Assembly (NCBI GenBank): GCA_964389315.1
Contig: CAYMDJ010000001.1
Location: 543-64,542, forward strand
Source: an uncultured archaeon
Lineage (GTDB): Archaea > Aenigmatarchaeota > Aenigmatarchaeia > QMZP01
Length of the DNA stretch: 64,000 bases
Direction: 5' to 3'
Part shown: one piece after another, positions 59,788-64,000 of the stretch
Layout: the number at the start of each line of letters is the position of its first letter
Numbering within the stretch: the first letter of the stretch is position 1
The notes under the pieces: generated by a model
Database searches by the model: none
What the model was told of the DNA's origin: nothing
Seen by the model: the letters and a program-made list of their open reading frames with translations, nothing else
Made by a program: the position numbers and the translations under genes

Positions 59788-61260
59788 ATGGAAGACGTTG
59801 TCAAGAAGCTTTCCCCGCACGAGAAGAAGGTTCTGCTCGCACTCAAGAAGCTTCAGGAGGCAGCCACGGGCGAGATAGCAAAAGAGACAGGCCTCTCTGA
59901 GGACACTGTCCACAAGGCAGGCCAGTGGGCCAGCATGAAGGGACTTGTGGAGCACAGGGAGGAGGTCGAGACAAAGGCAGAGCTCACCGAAGAGGGGAAG
60001 AGATACTCTGAGGAGGGTGTCCCCGAGAAAAAACTTCTGGAGATAGTTTCAAAGAAGACCATGTCAATACAGGAACTCAACAGGAGCGTTGATAATTTCA
60101 GCATTGCCCTTGCCTGGGCCAAGAAGAAGGGCTGGGTCCAGATGGCAGGGGGAAAGGTGAGCATAACCAAGACAGGAAGGGAAGTCCTCTCCAAGAGCAC
60201 GCCCGTTGAGGAGGGCCTCAGGGGAAACTTCCATGAGAATAATCTGGATGAGCTCAGGGCAAGGAAGCTCGTCACGGTCAGGGAGAAGAAAACGAAGATG
60301 CTCTCCCTCACAGAGAAGGGAAGGCAAATCCTTCCGCACCTCAAGGATATGAAGGCAATAAAGGAGGAGGTGGGTCAGTTGACGCCCTCCCATATAAAGA
60401 CAGGCAAGTGGAAGGACGAGGTATTCAGGGAGTATGACGTCAACACCCCTGTTCCAACGTTATACACGTCCACCATCCATCCATACGTGCAGTTCATAAA
60501 CGAGACCAGGAGGAAGATGATTGCCCTGGGATTCCATGAGATGAAGGGTCCCTTTACAGAGACAGAGTTCTGGAACATGGATGCCCTGTTCATGCCACAG
60601 GACCACCCCGCCAGGGGGATACATGACGTATTCAGGCTGAAGAAGCCCTCTAAAGGCGAGGTGAAGGATAAGATGGCCCTGGAGAGGGTAGGAAAGACGC
60701 ATAAGAATGGCTGGATAACAGGCTCCACCGGATGGGGTCACTGGAACCAGGAGCAGACACTCAATCTGGTATTGAGGAGCCACACGACCTGCGTTTCTGC
60801 CAGGACCCTCGCATCCAGGCCGGAGATTCCCTCGAAGTTCTTCACCATAGACAGGGTTTTCAGGCCGGACGTCCTTGACGCCACCCATTCCTTTGAGTTC
60901 CACCAGATGGAAGGAATAATCCTCGGGGAGAACCTCAACATAAGGAACCTGCTGGGATACCTTGAACTCTTCGGAAGGGAGGTCGCAGGAGCAGAGGACA
61001 TTCGTTTCAGGCCGGGATACTTCCCCTTCACAGAGCCATCCGTTGAGATGGACGCCAAGATAGGGGGGAAATGGGTCGAGATTGGAGGCTCGGGCATATT
61101 CAGGCCAGAGCTCACCAAACCCCTGGGGATTGATGCGAGCGTCCTTGCATGGGGTCTGGGTTTCGGGAGGCTCGCCATGATAAAGCTCGGCATAAGCGAC
61201 ATGAGGGACCTGTTCAACCACGACGTTGAGTGGCTCAGGAAGAGGAGGCTGGTGGTCTGA
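59788..61260 (+). CDS. pheS: Phenylalanine--tRNA ligase alpha subunit
   Basis: FWNMDALFMPQDHPAR, LRSHTT, FHQMEG, YFPFTEPS, GIFRPE, AWGLG. Confidence 0.95.
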   Translation: MEDVVKKLSPHEKKVLLALKKLQEAATGEIAKETGLSEDTVHKAGQWASMKGLVEHREEVETKAELTEEGKRYSEEGVPEKKLLEIVSKKTMSIQELNRSVDNFSIALAWAKKKGWVQMAGGKVSITKTGREVLSKSTPVEEGLRGNFHENNLDELRARKLVTVREKKTKMLSLTEKGRQILPHLKDMKAIKEEVGQLTPSHIKTGKWKDEVFREYDVNTPVPTLYTSTIHPYVQFINETRRKMIALGFHEMKGPFTETEFWNMDALFMPQDHPARGIHDVFRLKKPSKGEVKDKMALERVGKTHKNGWITGSTGWGHWNQEQTLNLVLRSHTTCVSARTLASRPEIPSKFFTIDRVFRPDVLDATHSFEFHQMEGIILGENLNIRNLLGYLELFGREVAGAEDIRFRPGYFPFTEPSVEMDAKIGGKWVEIGGSGIFRPELTKPLGIDASVLAWGLGFGRLAMIKLGISDMRDLFNHDVEWLRKRRLVV

Positions 61261-62909
61261 TGCCTGTCATAGAGATAAGCGCCCCTGACCTCAAGGGGAT
61301 GATAGGAAGGAAGGTGGCGGACAGCGAGCTGGAGAGCGTCCTTCCCCTGAACAAGCTCGAGATAGAGGAATGGGACGGTGACAGGATAAAGATTGAGGTC
61401 ACTCCAGACAGGCCAGACCTCATGTGCACAGAGGGCATAGCCAGGCAGGTTTCCGCGTGGCTGGGGATAAGGAGAGGCCTGCCGAGCCATGTTGTCTCGA
61501 AACCAACCATATCCATGGCAGCAGGTCCTGTCAAGGCGAGACCCTGCATAGTCGCAGGCATAGCCCGTGGCCTGAATCTCAATGACGACACCGTCAGGAG
61601 CATAATGCAGCTCCAGGAACTGATTGACCTCACCATAGGAAGGGACAGGGTAAAGACAGCAATAGGCGTGCACGACGTCTCCAAGGTAAAGCCGCCGTTC
61701 TGCTACAAGGAGGTCGACCCCAAGACGGTCAGCTTCGTTCCCCTAGGATTCAAGAAAGAGATGACCATGGAGGAAATCCTCAGGAAGCATCCCAAGGGAA
61801 TCCAGTACAGGCACATCTTCGGGAACGCCAGGAAGCTGCCGATAATCCTTGACAGGAACGGCGATGTTATCTCCTTCCCTCCCATAATAAACGGGGAGCT
61901 GACAAAGGTAACAGAGGGGACCAAGGACATATTCCTTGACATAACGGGTTATGAAGAGACCCCGATAAGCTATGCCCTCAACATCCTGCTCACCTCCATG
62001 GAGATGCGCGGGGGAAGGATAGAGGCTGTCAGGATAAACAAAAAGACCTATCCGAACCTGAGGGCAAGGTCCATGAAGCTCGATACGGGTTATGTCAAGA
62101 GGATGCTCGGCTACAACCTGAAGGACAGCGAGATAAAGTCCCTCCTTGAAAGGATGAACTACGGCGTGAACATGAAGAACAGGACGGTCCTCGTCCCGCC
62201 ATATAGGTATGACATCCTCCACACCGTTGACATCATAGAGGACATAGCGATAGCATACGGCTACAATGATTTCGAGCCAGAGCTTCCAAGGCTCCCGGCC
62301 GTGGGAAGGCCGCACCCTTTCGAGGAGTTCTGCAACAGGATAAGGGAGATGATGATAGGAACGGGATTCCAGGAGGTCGTCAATTACACCCTCACGAACC
62401 CCGAGAAGCAGTTCAGGCTGATGAACGTTCCCGAGGGAGAGACCGTGGAGATAGCCAATCCCATGTCAAAGGAATACTCCCAGGTGAGGGTGTGGGCAAT
62501 CCCCTCGCTCATGGCAAACCTCGTCTCCAACAAGCACAGGAGATACCCCCAGAGGCTGTTTGAGGTCGCTGACTGCGTGCTCCCTGACCCCAAGCAGGAC
62601 GTCAGGACAAGGAACATAAGGAAGCTCGCGGGCGTGGTCAGCCACGCCAACGCCAACTTCTCTGAGATGGCAGCGATAGTCAACTCGATAGACGAGAACC
62701 TGAGTCTAATGGCGTCCAAGCAACCCTCTGACCATCCCTCCTTCATGAAGGGGAGGTGCGGCCAGATAATGAAGGGAAAGAAGACAATCGGATTCTTCGG
62801 AGAGATATCCCCGGCCATCCTCAGCAAGCTCGCGCTCAAGATGCCCGTCACGGCCTTCGAGCTTGAGCTCGACGAAGTCTACAAGCACAAGCAACCCCTT
62901 TACTGCTAA
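61260..62909 (+). CDS. pheT: Phenylalanine--tRNA ligase beta subunit
   Basis: PDRPDL, SFPPIING, PPYRYDILH..DIIEDIAIAYGY; overlaps pheS stop by one base (TGATG). Confidence 0.95.
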   Translation: MPVIEISAPDLKGMIGRKVADSELESVLPLNKLEIEEWDGDRIKIEVTPDRPDLMCTEGIARQVSAWLGIRRGLPSHVVSKPTISMAAGPVKARPCIVAGIARGLNLNDDTVRSIMQLQELIDLTIGRDRVKTAIGVHDVSKVKPPFCYKEVDPKTVSFVPLGFKKEMTMEEILRKHPKGIQYRHIFGNARKLPIILDRNGDVISFPPIINGELTKVTEGTKDIFLDITGYEETPISYALNILLTSMEMRGGRIEAVRINKKTYPNLRARSMKLDTGYVKRMLGYNLKDSEIKSLLERMNYGVNMKNRTVLVPPYRYDILHTVDIIEDIAIAYGYNDFEPELPRLPAVGRPHPFEEFCNRIREMMIGTGFQEVVNYTLTNPEKQFRLMNVPEGETVEIANPMSKEYSQVRVWAIPSLMANLVSNKHRRYPQRLFEVADCVLPDPKQDVRTRNIRKLAGVVSHANANFSEMAAIVNSIDENLSLMASKQPSDHPSFMKGRCGQIMKGKKTIGFFGEISPAILSKLALKMPVTAFELELDEVYKHKQPLYC

Positions 62910-62919
62910 TCCTGCCCCA

Positions 62920-63031
62920 CCAGATAACAACAGGGCAGGTAACAGCAACGAATCTTCGCGTCCAGGAACAACATAATCTATCCTGGGTCCGAAAGGCTTA
63001 ACCAAAAACGGAGTCAGTAAACGAGCCTGAC
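62920..63031. repeat. Imperfect direct repeat (~110 bp), copy 1, left of TA module
   Basis: CCAGATAACAACAG...AACATAATCTATCCTGGGTCCGAAAGGCTTAACCAAAAA...TCAGTAAACGA matches 63729-63845. Confidence 0.9.
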
Positions 63032-63091
63032 CAAAAGCTTAAATATATAAGTTTATATATATAATATTATTAATATATATTAGGTGATTTC

Positions 63092-63370
63092 ATGAAGACC
63101 CAGACCCTTCACATGCCGAGACTTGACACCGTTCTGATGGTAGAGGACACCATAAAGAAGTTTGATTACTATCCGACAAAGAACCAGCTCTGGAGGGCCC
63201 TCCCGAAAATGGTCATGTGGCAGACATTTAATTTGATTCTGGAATACCTGGAGAAGAGCAACAAGATACTGATAACAAAGGACAAAAAGATAATGTGGGT
63301 AGCAATGGACAACAAGAAGCTAAGAAAGCTCTTCGAAACATCAGTCAAATGGGAGAAAAAAGGCAAATGA
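63092..63370 (+). CDS. Putative antitoxin / small DNA-binding protein
   Basis: 92 aa, PRLDTVLMVE...LWRALPK...ILEYLE; overlaps the toxin start (ATGA). Confidence 0.65.
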   Translation: MKTQTLHMPRLDTVLMVEDTIKKFDYYPTKNQLWRALPKMVMWQTFNLILEYLEKSNKILITKDKKIMWVAMDNKKLRKLFETSVKWEKKGK

Positions 63371-63705
63371 CGACAATAAGATTATCCCAGGAATTCCTTA
63401 AGGATTTTTCTAAACTCGAAAGGCGGCTTGAAAAAGGAAGCGGAGATGCCGAACACATAATCAGGATAATAAACAGGGGTATGACCAAGCTATCCGAGAA
63501 TCCTGAGGCCGGCCAGAAAATACCAAGAAAGCTCTGGCCGGAATATTACATAAGCAAATATGACATAAACAACCTCTGGAGGCTCAGGCTTGATGACAGC
63601 TGGAGAATGATATACACGCTGGGCAAGGAAGGCATAGAAATATTCTGCATAGTTCTAGAAGCAATGGACCACAAGAAATACAACAAGAGGTTCGGATACA
63701 AATAA
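63367..63705 (+). CDS. RelE/ParE-superfamily toxin
   Basis: LSENPEAG...NLWRLRLDDSWRMIYTL...DHKKY. Confidence 0.7.
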   Translation: MTTIRLSQEFLKDFSKLERRLEKGSGDAEHIIRIINRGMTKLSENPEAGQKIPRKLWPEYYISKYDINNLWRLRLDDSWRMIYTLGKEGIEIFCIVLEAMDHKKYNKRFGYK

Positions 63706-63728
63706 CCTTTTTACAGATAACTCTGTCG

Positions 63729-63845
63729 CCAGATAACAACAGAGCATGTAACAGCAACGAATCTTCGTGCCCATGAACAACATAATCTATCCTGGGTCCG
63801 AAAGGCTTAACCAAAAAAAAACAAAATCAGTAGACGAACCGTCCG
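63729..63845. repeat. Imperfect direct repeat (~110 bp), copy 2, overlapping the 3' end of the minD-like gene
   Basis: Matches 62920-63031 with a few substitutions and a variable A-tract. Confidence 0.9.
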
Positions 63846-64000
63846 AAGAACCTGTGCAGGACAGGCCTCTTTATCTTGTATTCCATCCCAAGGATGTTGG
63901 CTGCCACTGCAAGGAACTGCTGCGACGAGAGCGCCCCGGGGTTGTGCGAAACCACAGGAGACTTCTCTGCTATCGCCTTCCTTACGTTCTGGTCCTCGTT
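63827..64000 (-). CDS. 3' end of a MinD/ParA-family ATPase (partial)
   Basis: Manual translation NEDQNVRKAIAEKSPVVSHNPGALSSQQFLAVAANILG...VLHRFFGRFVY*; MinD-like C-terminus with amphipathic tail. Confidence 0.6.
   Translation of the reverse strand, partial: NEDQNVRKAIAEKSPVVSHNPGALSSQQFLAVAANILGMEYKIKRPVLHRFFGRFVY

Noticed and set aside
62706..63814. Two ORFs both starting MVKPFGPRIDYVV
   Set aside because: A by-product of the DNA direct repeat; both run antisense into real genes

Overview
Archaeal chromosomal DNA. The markers are Orc1/Cdc6 with ORB elements, Hjc, aeNAC, and archaeal-type GlyRS and PheRS; a DPANN-like lineage is inferred but not proven. (1) 1-9546: a giant (>3,180 aa) membrane-anchored, Cys- and sequon-rich surface protein that runs off the left edge and is missing from the ORF track. 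(2) 9750-22943: a co-oriented minus-strand His-Xaa-Ser (Hxs) peptide-modification cluster. It has an HxsA-like precursor with six HxS repeats, HxsB, HxsD, four more radical SAM enzymes, an embedded A24 prepilin-type peptidase, a GT-C glycosyltransferase, a sulfatase-fold protein and anchored surface proteins. (3) 23002-33790: a sugar/lipid-modification island with amidotransferases, DUF362, a Tes-like and a B12-dependent radical SAM enzyme, and GT2s. (4) 33861-64000: housekeeping genes, including a probable replication origin beside cdc6. Next to cdc6 is a catalytically eroded DP1-like protein, and nearby are a Pol delta-like PolB with a C-terminal Cys cluster and a repeat-flanked LAGLIDADG gene. 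A repeat-flanked RelE-type toxin-antitoxin pair lies near the right edge. The best novelty candidates are the Hxs precursor plus prepilin peptidase system and the Pol delta-like PolB plus inactive DP1 pairing. All calls come from motif recognition by eye; no searches were run.
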